Assembly (NCBI GenBank): GCA_009103225.1
Contig: RHPI01000017.1
Location: 62,001 to 126,000, forward strand
DNA from: Chlorokybus atmophyticus
Lineage: Eukaryota; Plantae; Mesostigma and Chlorokybus algae
DNA length: 64,000 nucleotides
Direction: 5' to 3'
A model generated the notes under the pieces. The model made no database searches. It had not been told where the DNA came from and worked only from the letters and a program-made list of their open reading frames with translations. Shown piece by piece: positions 25,606 through 43,500 of the stretch. Each line of letters opens with the position of its first letter. Position 1 is the first letter of the stretch. The position numbers were made by a program, and so were the translations under genes.

Positions 25606-25969
25606 GGATGACGCACCGCTGCTACCTCTTTGCAAGAGCCACTGCTCCTACTTTGAGGTTACCTTACCTTATAATAAGAGCTGTAGCTCTTATTACGAGG
25701 TTCCCTCGGTCAAAGAGCACATGCTCTTGTTTCAAGGCAAGAGCAGCTCAGTTAAGAGCCAAGAGGGCTCGCGTATTTGTGGCTCTTATTTTAAAGTAGA
25801 CTGTATCAGCGGTTGATTTGACGGATGACAGCTGTGGTTGCGTCGCTTGATGGCTCCGTAAGCCACGCAAACAACGAGTTGCGCAGTTTCAGCCCTGTAC
25901 GTCCTCTACAGGTCTGTAGGTCCTCTACAGGTATCTATAGCCTTGCACTGGGCTTTGCTTGGTTTCAGT

Positions 25970-26100
25970 GGCCAATGCTTCACCAGAAGAGGCGACAGAG
26001 GGCGGCAGTGTTGTGGCAGGAGGCGAAGGCCTGGACATCAACCTCTTGGAGAGAGTGCTGGAACTTTCCGGCTGAGAAGCCGCAGCTGTACACTGCAACG
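25970..26100 (+). pseudogene. Degenerate F-box exon-1 homolog upstream of RLK copy B
   Basis: Reads 'ATEGGSVVAGGEGLDINLLERVLELSG*EAAAVHCNAV' versus 'AIEGGVGGDMGELDADFLESALELAGWKAAVAASAVC' at 5310-5191. Confidence 0.65.
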
Positions 26101-26511
26101 CAGTATCCTCAACAGAATCAATCAGTCGCCACCTGCAGCTGTACGAAAGCAAGCAATGTCAACAAGTGTGTTTTGGTCAATCACCAAGAACTGACATGTT
26201 GCTGATGTAAGTACACGCGCAATGCCAGCGCAGCACTGCAACCTCTTGAGCAACGCCAACCCTGCATCTCACAGGAAGAGTGTGACAAGGACAGACAAGC
26301 TGGCAGTCATGGCGTTTGCAGGTGTTAAGTTCCATCGGTATTTTGTTGTAGGTATCGTCATGCTGAGGTAATCGTCGCTGACTGTTGTATAGTACAGCTT
26401 TGCATGCATGATGCGTGCAACAGCTACTTGCATTGAGTGCCACTAGGCCTATCGCTCGTAAGCATGCAGCCTGCATGGGCTTTGTGACTGAAGCTGTGTT
26501 GGGAAATGCAG

Positions 26512-31025
<4,514 letters not shown>

Positions 31026-32499
31026 CTGTTGCTGAAGAAGCAAAGAGAGGTCGATAAAATGCGAGTTTTGAAAGGGGGACGCAGGTATTCTTATATTACG
31101 GATGCGCATACATACATAGAGACTGCATATGTATTGCAGCTAAGTGTGCAACATGGTGCATGGGAGCGCGTGCCCAGTCAGTGGTGGTCGTGCTCAGGTC
31201 GACACTGTCACTCACTACGCTAAACAGAGAGTCTGTCTGCAACCTTATGTGTGTCTACCATGGCGGACTAGGTTGGTAAGCTACCCTAGCAGAGTCTACC
31301 AAGATTAGTAAAGATGGACTTTATCTGGCGCAATAGTCTCATTTCTACCTAGCATGTCTAATCCTATCTAGCAAGGTCTGTCCATCAATGTGGGATTATT
31401 TAACTAAATATCTGGAATACCTTATTTATCTAATTTCATTGGGTTTAATGCCAGAAAAGTACGAGGCCCGGACCAAGGTGTGACTGCTAGCTAAACTTTG
31501 AAGTATCTGTTGCATACCAGAGCGAGCGTGTTTGATAGAACTGATTTGGGTGTGTGCAGGCTCACAGCTATTTTACATGTGTAACATGCACAGTGCTAGA
31601 GGTACAAGGACTTAATGTACACTTGCACAGCCTGGGAATGAGAAAAGCATTCTCGAATTCACATATACAACTATTTTATAACTGTTGGTACTTGCGGTCG
31701 GTCTATCACTACTACAATAGTACTACTTCCTTGCCAGAAGTACGCAACAGCAGCTGGAGGCATGAGATTCTCGCCGGCACGGCACCTCCCATGCGAGACC
31801 GCGTCTTTATGGTCACCTACAGAACACCTGTCGTGTTGAAAGTAGCCCTGCAGCTGTTCTGAACTCTGCACGACAGCATGAAGACCGCGCCACGCCAGCC
31901 TGCACGTGTCGCGACACCTTCGAGCCTAGTCCACTGATCACGTATCGAGATCGGCAACTAGGTGTCCTACGACACATCGACGATACTGCTGACATGCCCT
32001 TGGGCACCGACGAAGCATTGAGGAACCTTATCACTCCTCAGCTTCCGAACAATACTCCGCTTTGGATCAGGCAATCCACTAGCGGCAGGACAAAACTGCA
32101 GCCATCAATGCACGAGCCCAAGCCCTTGCCACCGCACGTGCTTCCATTCCTCGACCAGCAGTCGCTGGCCCATCTAGCACGCCACCTCTCGCCGTCAAGA
32201 CCGACATTAACCAGGCGTGGGCGCTGGCCCAACAAATCAAGGGGTGATCACCATGTTGCTACCCGCCTTGGTGGAGGATATGCCTGAAGATCAGCGAGAT
32301 CCAGGAAGGGGCTACGTGACACTATAAGGGTGTATACAAAGGGGTGGGGCAGGCCTGGCTGGAGAACAACAAATCCGCATCGCTTCACTGCGACAAGCAA
32401 CTATGATACATCGGCAGGAGGGCCTTGATATGACAGATCATGGGAATGTGAGAGGGTGGAAACGCAGCGCGAGCTCCACTAGTGATGTGGCTGGTTACC

Positions 32500-34130
32500 A
32501 GCGGGTATGTCAGACACAGCCGCCTGCATGCAAAAAGTTAACATTGTCAAGCTGCAGTACGCATTACCAACACGTGAAGACTGCATTGTTTGTTTACCTT
32601 GCACTGCGCTCGAGTTGTGTTGCTGTGCGAGGTCTCTTGGCAGGCAGCTAAGCTGTTTTGGTCGCCTGACCAATGACTCTGTCCCATGTGTGTTGTGTCA
32701 GTGCCTCCATTTTCTTGCTAGCAATTGGCCCCTTGGTGGACAATACAGCCAGCTGGTTGGCTGCATTACTGAGGGTGTTCACCCTCCTCTTCAGCCTCGT
32801 GGTCATCATGCCCGGGCTGATCGTCCTTTGTGTCCAAAGCCTTGCTATTGTTTTCGTCGCCCTCATCACCCTCATCGCCATCATTGTTGCCATCCACGTC
32901 TCCATCGCCACCGGCCACCTCAGTCATGGTGCTGTCTTGCTCCGCGCGTTGTATGCTCGCGGGTACCTAGGGATTCTTGTATGCTGTATGCAAGGCACCC
33001 ATGTGAGCATGCGATCATCAAGTATAAGATACCTGTTAGTGTCTGACAGCAAGACCCACTTGCTCACCGGGCAATCGACGCTGAGCAGTTGCCGTTAGTG
33101 CGGGCAGAGGTGCTGATGCCTTGCTAGCGGTCACTGCAGCAGTGGCAGCCTCCGTCTTTTCCCACTTCCCACACGGCTCCCTGGCCATCTTCAAAAGGTC
33201 TTCATCAGCGTCCTGCGGCTCGTAGCATGGGACAAAGTTGCCAACTTTCTCCCATGCACCCACTTCAGCTGCCTTAACATGTGCGACCATAGGTACTCGT
33301 CTGTTTTCGTCACTTTGTGTGATGTCACGCTCGACAGAGCCGGGTCGGCAGTGACGGCGTGCTGGTTTTAAGCGCGTGCGGGGATGGGCTGGTTCGTCCA
33401 TCTGAGGAAGCCATTTGTGAGTGCACAATATACGTCAGCGCCCTCGTGTCGGTCACTCTCAGCATGCAGGCATGGTGCGAATGTACATTTGCTACTTGTA
33501 CCATTGCAACGTTGGCAAATCATGCAACCTACCACAATGAACATTAAGGCGCAGGAACTTCTTGACAAGGGCATGCATGGCTTGGGTTTGGTTCTTGGTT
33601 AGCTGGCTGGACGTGTTCTTGCCTAGCGTGGAATTGCCATGTAGTGCTTGAGAGCACCCTTTCTTGAACGTGTCCTTGCGGCACTGCAACCTGTGTACGG
33701 TGCAGTAAGACTCTGTGCATGTATGCACAATCGGCAACAATGGTAAAGGCAAGCATGGTGTTGTACGCATGCATGCATCGAAGTCCTCCATTGGCACAGC
33801 CAAACAACACACATGCATCGTGACCATCAGCATATCTTGCAAACACTCACCACAATTGCGATATTGGAGATTTACACTGTTGTGGAGAGAAGCACAATGT
33901 CGCTGCAGCCGCTCAGAAGGAAGGCGGTGTCCACAGTGCACTCATTGTACCGAAAACTTAGCATATGGGTGTCGCGGATGCTAAACTTCCCATGCACCAA
34001 CTTCTCCAGCCCTTTGCTGATTGTGCTTTTAGCGAAGAGAAACTTCTTTAGCAGACCCTCGTACTATATGGTGAGGCGCTTGTGCCGAGCATTGGGTTTA
34101 TCATGTCATCGCTGTGTATCGCCATCATTG
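32500..34130 (-). pseudogene. Decayed multi-exon gene of unknown family with acidic region (probably transposon-derived)
   Basis: Protein-like minus frames with scattered stops, e.g. 'YEGLLKKFLFAKSTISKGLEKLVHGKF', 'HALVKKFLRLNVHCG|gt' and 'GDGDVDGNNDGDEGDEGDENN..EAEEEGE'. Confidence 0.35.
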
Positions 34131-34449
34131 TCTTAGCAAGACACAGTGATGGCAAAACTGCACAATTGTATGATTGCTAGGGCTACCCAACCACACCTCA
34201 CACAATGCAAGTGATGCCCACATGCTGAACAGCCACTCAGCTTTATACCACCCATCTGCGCCCACTACCCTCTCAAGCCGCCGCCCGCAACCCTAGCCCC
34301 GCTTCAAGTTCACCTCTTCAAAGTGAAACTCACCTCAAATTGACCTATTTGCGCGCGGTTGACCTACCCTAAACAGAACACCACACTTGTGAGACGCACC
34401 AAGTTACGCATTAGGCCGTCGTGAACACGCAACACGGGAGTAAGTGTAC

Positions 34450-35900
34450 AGCTGCACGCATACCCTTGTCATCCAATCTGGTGTCGGCGTCGGTGTTTTT
34501 GGGGTAACGGATCTCGGTGTGGCACACATGGAACATAAGCTAGACCCTCGGCTTGCAGCGCTGCTGTTGAAGGCGTATCAAACAAAAAGATGCTACGATC
34601 TTCATTGGCAGGTATGCTTTGGTTTCCCCAGCATGAGCTTGTAATTGTGGTTGGCCACGGTGTGGCCTCCTTGTAACGTCTGCACGGATACATGCATGGG
34701 TGTAGCACCAACTCATGCAGTGCACTGACATTTTCAGGTGCCCAATCCATCTGAACTCACTGCTTTCTAGACTTGGCTAACCGCGATGTGAGAAAGGCCA
34801 TTATGCATAAGGGTCGCGACTGGCATCACCTGCAGGATGGCAAGTTCAAGGCACAAATGCTGCCCTGCCTGCATAGTTGCTACATGCACCAGCATGCCTA
34901 CATTGAACCTTGCAGCTTGCCAAATTGGCGGTTGTTGTATAATCAGGTCAGCTTGCAATGGCGCCAAGCCAGCAAGTGCATGTGGCTTTGGACACATCCA
35001 CCAATCGAGTGCAAGTGCGAGAGCCTGCGCCAAAGGGTGAAACTACAATGGCTGCGCATGCACTTGCCAGGTAGGCCCTGCATGACGAGGCTCATGCCAA
35101 AGCAAGAAGCACCCGGTGCGCTGCTGCACTGCTCAATGCCACATCCAGCGCAATTTATTGAGAGTACATCGGCTTGTAGCAGGTGTTCACCCTCCTCCTC
35201 CGCCCACCACAGCTAAAGACCCGGTGGACAACGACCGTGCCTTGGATCTCGAGACATTGGCGCGGCATGAACAGCACCTAGCTGCCTCCACAGCGGCTTC
35301 GAACCACTTGCCTTCAAGGAATGCCGTACACCATGATGCAATAGAAGTGATAGCATGCAGCCAACATGTGAGCAGGCACTGCCAAAACCTCATTGATGCA
35401 CTCTGCTAATGCATGGTGTCCCACTCCAATTTTCGACAGGGGCCAGTATTTGACGCACCTCTTGCACGTCGCTTGGATCCGGAGTTATTTACTGAAGTCA
35501 GTGACTGCTGTGGTGGTCAGCTGTCTGCAGATATGCCCTCCAGTAGTGGAGAAGATGTCGAGGTTATGTCTCCACCTTTGTGCGTAAGTTATTTGTACGC
35601 ACATTTGCGCAAGAGGATGCCGAAGCACAAATCTACTCTTGCATCAAAGCCGCAGGTTAAAGCAGCACGAGCAGCACCTCCTCTTATGTTGCCGCAAAGG
35701 GGTATTGTGCCCCTTGTAAAGCCGTGCGGAGCCTTTATTTTTGCAGCTGCACAAGCAAAAGCTGCTACTGCAGGTGGCGTGCAGCCCCAACAACTTGCCG
35801 ATGCTGCAGCTTGCGTTACAGAACTATCGATTTTATTGAATGAGTATTCAGAGTGTGTGCGTGTGTTCTTCACGGAGATTAAGCTGTAGTCGTACGAGTT
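34450..35900 (+). pseudogene. Mutator-like transposase C-terminal remnant (SWIM-type zinc finger)
   Basis: '(TC)..DGKFKAQMLPCLH..YIEPCSLPNWRLLY' at ~34825-34945 resembles the SWIM C-x-C...LPC-x-H plus the following W..Y motif of MULE transposases; frameshifted. Confidence 0.4.
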
Positions 35901-38900
35901 AGCGGATGCGTGGTATCAGCACTAGATGCAATCCGCTTCCGGTTGCAGTCAGTGTTGTGGCACGCGTGTTGGAGACGCATGCCAGCCCGCTTAGTCCGTA
36001 ATAGCAGCAATTGGCCTGCAAGGTTTTTTGGACTGGAGCGTCAAGTTGCCTAAGGCATTTGTCAACAACTTACTGGCTCGTTATCGGCTAATGGTCAGCA
36101 AGCAAGGCAGACAAAGGCAGTCGTTTGACAACAGCCCAACAGTACTCCTCATATAATACATGCACGTACAAAACCACGGACGGCCATCGCTGAAGACATT
36201 GAAGTGTAGCACACGACGCAATGATGCCTGTTGTTTGGCCCTCAGTGCTACCAATTCCTCTTGCAGCTGGATGACAGGTTGTTGCAACTGCAGTGGCGTA
36301 ATCGCCGCGTTGATGCCGTCCAGAATGCATTGGACTGGGCGAGGAATGGCAACCAGTTCAAGGAAGAGCTCGCACTACAATAGACCTTGAGTGATTAGCT
36401 TCAGTGATAAGCTCAGCACATATGTGCTATAATGGCAGGTCGGTGTGGTAGCACCAAGGACAACCGAGGGTGTTGCCTACAAGGAAAATCTTACGTTGTT
36501 TCTTCTCTTCCAACTGTAGAAAGACTGTCATTTGTACATCTGCACGCAGCATCATTGTACTTATCAAAGTTAATGCATGAGGCAGCAAGGTGTGCGCATA
36601 GCTGTCACATCGACGACAACTAATCTATATCCTGACATGACTTGGTGACTGCAAGACCAACACAAGAAGCCTTCCTGTCTCTTTGGTGGTCTGCTTGGGA
36701 AGGCAGGTGGGCAACGGTTGTGGATGCAGATTGCCATATATTATACATGACCTCACATGTGCCCGTGGTAGAACAAGAATTGGATGGGTCAACAAGCGGA
36801 GATGTCAACACTCCAAGCTGAGCTGTTGCAACATTGATACAAAATGCAGATGCTGCAAGCCAGTACTCCAATTTATGCCCGTTGCTTACAATGACTTCTA
36901 CGGTGTTGTGTGAGTGATTCTGCCGTACAGCAGATTAGTAATGACATTTTGCACTTACGCATGCATGCAGCTAAAGTTAAAGACCCAGCTTTGCTGAAAA
37001 GGTTGGCAACCAATAGCTTGATCAACTATGTGTGCGTAGTACCATGTGCACATACTAGGTCTGCTTTCTCTCGTAAACACACAATTAACATCAAACCACT
37101 TGGTATAGCACACAACGTTCACCAAACCTCGACTTGCTTGGGTTGAGAGAACTTCGTCCCCCGTGTTCATGCGTTTCAACGCGTTCTGCCTGTCAAACAA
37201 CTAACTTCGGTAAGATGTCTACTTGATGTGCTGTGGGTCATAGCCTAAACGACTGGAGTAAACATCCTGATTGTGGTCGCGGCACTTTGACATGCTTACA
37301 TTGCAAACAATACACTTATTATACTGCAGATGCAGTTATTATCGGCAACTTAGCTTAATAAGGCATCCATTTTATAGACCGTTGTAAAGCGTGACACTTT
37401 GCAGCGTGTACATGTGCATCACGTGAATAGGTTACATTATACGACTGATGATTGGTAGGGTTCAATCAGCTGGACTCCCACGTTTTTCTAATGCAAATGC
37501 AAGTTGCCGTGTCGGATACAAAAACTTGCATTTGTAACATGAAAACGCGCACAACGATTATGATGTGTATTTGAACATATGCAAGCACATACACACAGCA
37601 CACCCAACGCAATAGCCCCGTAGCGACGTCACTATAGTCAACCACGTGCCAATTAACGGATCCAACTTGTGTGCCACACATTGGTAACGAGCGTGGCTCG
37701 CCGACAGGATAAATAAGAACTGATTAGTCTTAAAGTGGTCGAGGCCTACACGGTCTTTAGATTTCAACACGTATAATTATAATACGTGTGGGTTATTATG
37801 GGCCATAAATTATGGCGGATGATGATGATGGTCGTACATTTATAGATGTAAGGTGCATGAGGGGTTAGGGTTGGGGCTAACCCTAACCCCGACCCTAATC
37901 CTAATCGACAAAAATTACAAATGATTGCATACATGAGTTGCATCTTGATTTACATGCTACGGGTATGCTGAACTCTCAATGGTTGTGAGGAAGTCGATGC
38001 ATTTAGCTAATATGTAATCATCATTTTCCATGATCAAATAATAACCACATAAAAATACAAGACTACAATACCGTAATCTATTAAAACTATTTTTATATTT
38101 GAATTCATACCCATTTACAACCATTCTATGTTGCGTTATCGCACACCATTCGTTTGCATCGCTACAAATTATAATATATGTCATTGTACATCGCATGACA
38201 TAATATATATACATGGACATACGTTTACATGATTACTTAACATTGCCGGCCAACCGGCGTGCGTTGTTGAACAGTGCCTCACCTTGCATGCATGTTATAC
38301 ATACAGTATGTGTGTACTAAAGCTAAAGGCGCTTGTCACGCGTCATCAATTGGTTACTTAACAATACAATACCGTATTCATGCTTATGGAGCCCCTTCTT
38401 ATAGTACACTGTAATTTTAGGGTTTTTTTTGGGGGGGGGGGGGGGGNGGATGAGCCCTGCACCCCTTTCTACTAAAAAGGGCTTGGTTCGAGAGGAAGCT
38501 CTGATAAAAGGGGCGTCTTCTATCTATTGCTAAAAGTTACGACGGATAGCGTATCTTACGTTGTATAGTAGTTAAACTTGCACTGATCATCGTAATGCAA
38601 GGTTTGCATCGCCATTAAACGGCCAATTGCGGCGGCGGTGACGGCTATGGCTAGGCGGGCTACGGTAGGGCGGCCGTTAGTTGCATGCAATGTGGTCAAC
38701 AGGTTCATAAGCATGTGCATAAAGCATAAAGTTGTCCACACACACACACACACCTTCCCAAAGAGGGCCCCCCCTTACGGCAGTGCTGTATTGGAAGGGG
38801 CGCAGGGGGAGGGGGGGGGGGGGGGGGNNNNNNNNNNNNNNNNNNNNNNNNNNNNNNNNNNNNNNNNNNNNNNNNNNNNNNNNNNNNNNNNGGGGGGGGG

Positions 38901-40586
38901 GGGGGGGGGGGCATCGAAATACTTCGGTAATGATACGTGTATTACACAAATCATTGTACATATGACAAATGTATGATAAGGTTGCATACTGGTATGCTTC
39001 TTCTGCCCAATGTATCGGCTTTTCCTGCCAAAACCTCACACTGAAGCGTCAATGCTGCAACTTATATCGAGTTGCTGGTACCCTCCACATTGCAACCTGT
39101 GTGGCTGCGTGCTTGGATGCCACATGACCGTTCAATACAAAATGCCTGTGCCAGCGTTTTGTATTAAACGAGATGCCGGGCCGGCATTGCTTAATGCAGG
39201 CCCAGCATCTCACCTGCGATGCTATGCGATGCCCTGTTGTGCGCCTTATAGCAACATGACGGTGCACGTTTTGACCCTTACGCTAACACGGCAGCCGCTG
39301 TGAGTAGTGGCAAAACGTTGAAATGTTTGAGCGGCAAGAGACTCTAGCCAAGAGTTATATGCGGCGGCTGTAGCCGTTGTCGAGTTGTGCTGCTGCGCTG
39401 CGTGGCCTTTGCTAGCGCTCCTGTGCAGTGCTGTCAGAGTATCTTCGGCCCATGCTTCTGCTATGTTGCTCTATCCACGCTCCCAAGTTTGGTCAACTAC
39501 AGCACGTGGTTAATTTAAAGGCTACCTCAACCAGCTAGTAGTTGGTTTGTTATGAATGTGCCATAGTGTGTGTTGATGTTATCGTTGCCGTACATCGTGT
39601 AATGCTACATGCCTTGCCTTACCTATTGGCCCCATGTGTTGTATCTATACATGGGATTTGTTTAAGGAGACTAGTCGCTGCAACTCCGCAGGCACCTGTC
39701 GGCACGGAATGTATGCACTACCCCTTTACGCTTTGATACTTTTATTGATGTTTCATAGGTGTTATGCCTGCAAGGGAAGGCTTTACTCATTCTCATGTGC
39801 TGCTCGCTATAGCAAAGCTTGACAGCGAGCTTGCAGATGTCTTCCCAATCATGTGTGGGTCTAATGCACAGTGGTCGGCGATTTGCAACCTGCCTTTCAG
39901 CCCCAGGGCCTCGGGCAGGAATTGTACAAATATTGATAGGAGCCAGCATAGGGTCAATCAGTACGCAGTCACATGATGTGATGTGACATGCTCTGCTGCC
40001 TCATGTGAGGACAACTCCACCTTGGTATCATCCGCGTAAGGGTGCTTTGCTAGACTAGACTTGTAGCTCCACATCCTAAGGTGATGGAGCATATGGCTGA
40101 GGTCAGCACATGTGGCTATGAGGGCACTCAACCAGCTAGTTGATAAGGTGTACGTACCTCTACTGCTAACTTGTGGTCAAGTGGAAGTCAGCAGGTGGGG
40201 GTATAAGGAGCTTGCTGGCAGTGTCCAGACCATCCAGACCACAAGTGTGGGATTCCTTATGCACTACTATGTGAGGGGTGCTTGGCGGTAGCTATTGAAT
40301 GGGCCTTCCCCCTGCTCTATGTTGGGTTGGTAGTGTGCTGTGTTGGGAGCGGTGCGAAGGAAGACTTGTTGACAAGCTTCCTAACGACTGTGTCTTTGTG
40401 TGCTTGCTTCAAAGAGAAGGACTTGAGACCATCCCCTGCTGTGACAGTTTCTACTTAGAGACTGAGTAGTGCTGTCTTGCATACACCGTTGCATGACTTA
40501 AATTACAAGCACATGCTAGTGCTCAGTTGCATTAGCTAGCTAAGTTGCTGAGAAACAGGATTGGTTTAAATGGTCGGCCTTGCATT

Positions 40587-43500
40587 TGGTATCGGCGCTT
40601 GGTTCATATCCGGCATATGCATAGCACAAGTGTTGCTACTGCACAGAGAATAGCCGGTGAGCGTGTGTTGTGTTACAGCACCCACTGGTTGGTCTTGTGA
40701 CATTTGCAGTGCTTTGTGCTATGCGTCACACATCCATTGTGTGACCAAGTTTCGGTCACTCATTACTGGTCTGTGTTAAAGCAAACATGGCCAACAACGA
40801 GGCAATCGACTCAACCGCATTGACGGCCTCCCTGGCTGCTGTACACGCTGAGATGGAAGCTATGTGAGTGCATCATACTGTAGTGCTTGCCAAAGTGGCA
40901 ACCACTACAGTCAACAAGCACTTGCTGCCTCGCCTGGAATGTTTTTCTGGCTCTGCTGATAGCAAAGGCAAGGACGTTGGCACAGTGTTGAGTGACAGGC
41001 TGCCCAATAATAAGCGTGCTCTTTATGTGAGCGGCATGTTGCCCGCCGACGAAGCAGGTGCAGTGACTTTGTTGTCATCATATATGAGAGGTATTGCAGC
41101 CCGCATGCGAGAGGGCGCAAAACTCAGGCTTCAGGCCAAGGGAGAGGATGTTACCATGTTATCAATGTTCGAGCCGCTCACCCATGCGTTTGGGGGTGTC
41201 AACCCTTCGCTAAAGGCACGTAACAAGTTGGCTACTCTGCGGATGCGTCTTAACCACTCGGTTGAGGACTTCCACCTCTTCTTCAACTCGTGGGTTGCCA
41301 AGATCAGCACCTGCATACCCATGGCAGAGACTTGCAAAGATGGTTCGGGCGCTCGCTTTCTATGGCTGTGCAAGAGCAGCTTATCTTCAAGTATGGTGTA
41401 CATGGGCTTTAGGTGTTTACAGATAAGGACTATGATGGTGAGGACTGCCATTAAGGTAACAACCAGCAGTATATGATTGCTAAGACTGAGATGATGACCG
41501 TGGATGAATGTCCATCCTCTTCTGCTCAAGGAGCAAAGCGCAATGCCCGTGTCCTTCATGCAAAGGCAAGGGAAAAGTCAAGGCTCATGTGACCTTGACC
41601 AGCAATAATGAAAAGGGACCGTTGGTAGATACCTTGGGCGTCTCCGTGGATGTTCAGAACTAGCGCCTTCAGGCTGGAGTGTGTCTCAAGCGTGGACAGA
41701 AGGGTCATTGGGTGGCGCAATGCAGCAACCCATCCAAGCCAGAAGACTTTACATAGAATGTGGGGTGAAACTGTAACTTACTCTCTCTCGCTAGCACTAT
41801 ACCATTTGCAACTACTGTTTAGTTTGACAGTAGTAAGCTTTGCTTTTGTGGTCATACAATTGTTTTTTCTTCCTACCATGTTGCAGTGCATGATAATAAT
41901 GTGGGAGTGACTGTTGACCATGATAAGTTGCTTCACACACGTGTGGGAAAGCGTGTGCTATTCAATGCGCCAATCAATGGATTGGTTGCCTTAAGCACTA
42001 TGTTACGTGCAAAAGGAATGGAGCCAGTTGCGGCAAGTGACAATTGTGCGCCGCACTAGTATGTGATTGTGCCAAAGTCTAATGGACACACTACCCTAAG
42101 GGTATGCAAGTAGTTACGGAGTTCATCAAGGGAATAGATACCCCTCGTCAATGAGGATCATGCGTGATTTACTCATTCTTCACCGTGTCTTAAATCTGTA
42201 TCTGTCATGGATGTTCAAGGATACCGTTGCCAAGGCACCTGCAGCTATTATGTAGACCGCAAGCACTCCAAAATGTTTCACGAGTGAGGCCCTGGTACAA
42301 AGGCTTAATGTCCCTGTTAATCAGTACAGTGAACATGTTGTGTCACTAGATGAACACACATTCCCAATGCCTGGGTCAGTGATGTTATTACTGCATATAC
42401 AACGCTACCATGCCCAACTTCATTCCCTGGTAATCTTTGTGAGCATACCCGGTGTGGATAACATTGTTCGTGCTAAGTGGGAGAGGGCTGTTGGCCTACG
42501 CACAGATGCCGACACTAGACAGTGCAGTGTGCGCAAAGGCAAATGACAAGTTGTCCTTTAGGCCGAGCGGCTTGATGTATGTGGTAATCATATTGCCCAC
42601 TGTGCGATTACCTTACCACCTCTGTTGAGTGCAATGCAGGCGAAGAGCGAGGTGAGGAAAGCAGCTAAGCCCTACTGGTCGTGGTGCGTGAGAGCTCACC
42701 CACTGCAGACTCAGACACCTCTCCACCAACAAGCCAGACTGTTGATACTGTCGAGCTGACGTTGTAGCGAATCTGTAACGAGTACACTGATGTGTTTAAA
42801 CAAGGCCTGCCTGATTTGCTACCTGATGGAAGTGTATAGCACATTATCCCTCTTGTGCAAGATGCACAACCTCGATGGACACCAGTTTACAGGCTGAGTC
42901 CTGCTGAACTTGAGGACATGAAAAGGCAAATCAAGGAGTTATTGGCAAGGGGATCTATTGAGCCAAGGAGCTGTTATTCTCTTTGTTCCAAAGAAGAATG
43001 GTAAACTACGCATGTGCATAGATTACCAGGCTCCGAACAAGCTGGCCATCAAGAACAGGTACCCGTTGCCTAGAATACATGACTTCTTATACCAAATGCA
43101 AGGTGTGTTTAGCTCGTTAAACTTGCCTGCAGGGTACCACCAGATCCGTGTAACACCTGAGGATGTGCCCAAGACAGCGTTCAGAACGCCTATGGGCCAA
43201 ATTAAGTACAAGGTACTACTACCATTGGGTTGACAAATGCTCTTGCAACCTTCCAAGCTACGATGAACCAGGTGTTTAAAAAACTGATTGGCAAAATAGT
43301 GCCCGTGTACTTAGATGATATTCTTGTGTTTGGCAAGGACAAGCAAGAGCATGTCACGCATGTGCATGAAGTGTTGGATCCACTGCGTACGAACAAGTTC
43401 CATACAATCATGGACAAATGTGAGGTTGGGAAGTCTGACCTAGAATTCTTGGGCAACTCCTCTGTGAAGGGCCGGGCCGGCCCTTCACAGAGGAGTTGAG

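Noticed and set aside
31750-32400. Protein-like plus-strand frames with stops, possibly a retroelement remnant
   Set aside because: No diagnostic motif recognised.
32648-33098. Apparent multi-pass membrane protein on plus strand (32673-33098)
   Set aside because: It is the antisense shadow of a GAT/GAC/GAG-rich acidic coding frame on the minus strand.
39975-40585. 5' LTR of the decayed gypsy
   Set aside because: Plausible (TG start, CA before a degenerate PBS), but no partner LTR is in the window to fix boundaries.
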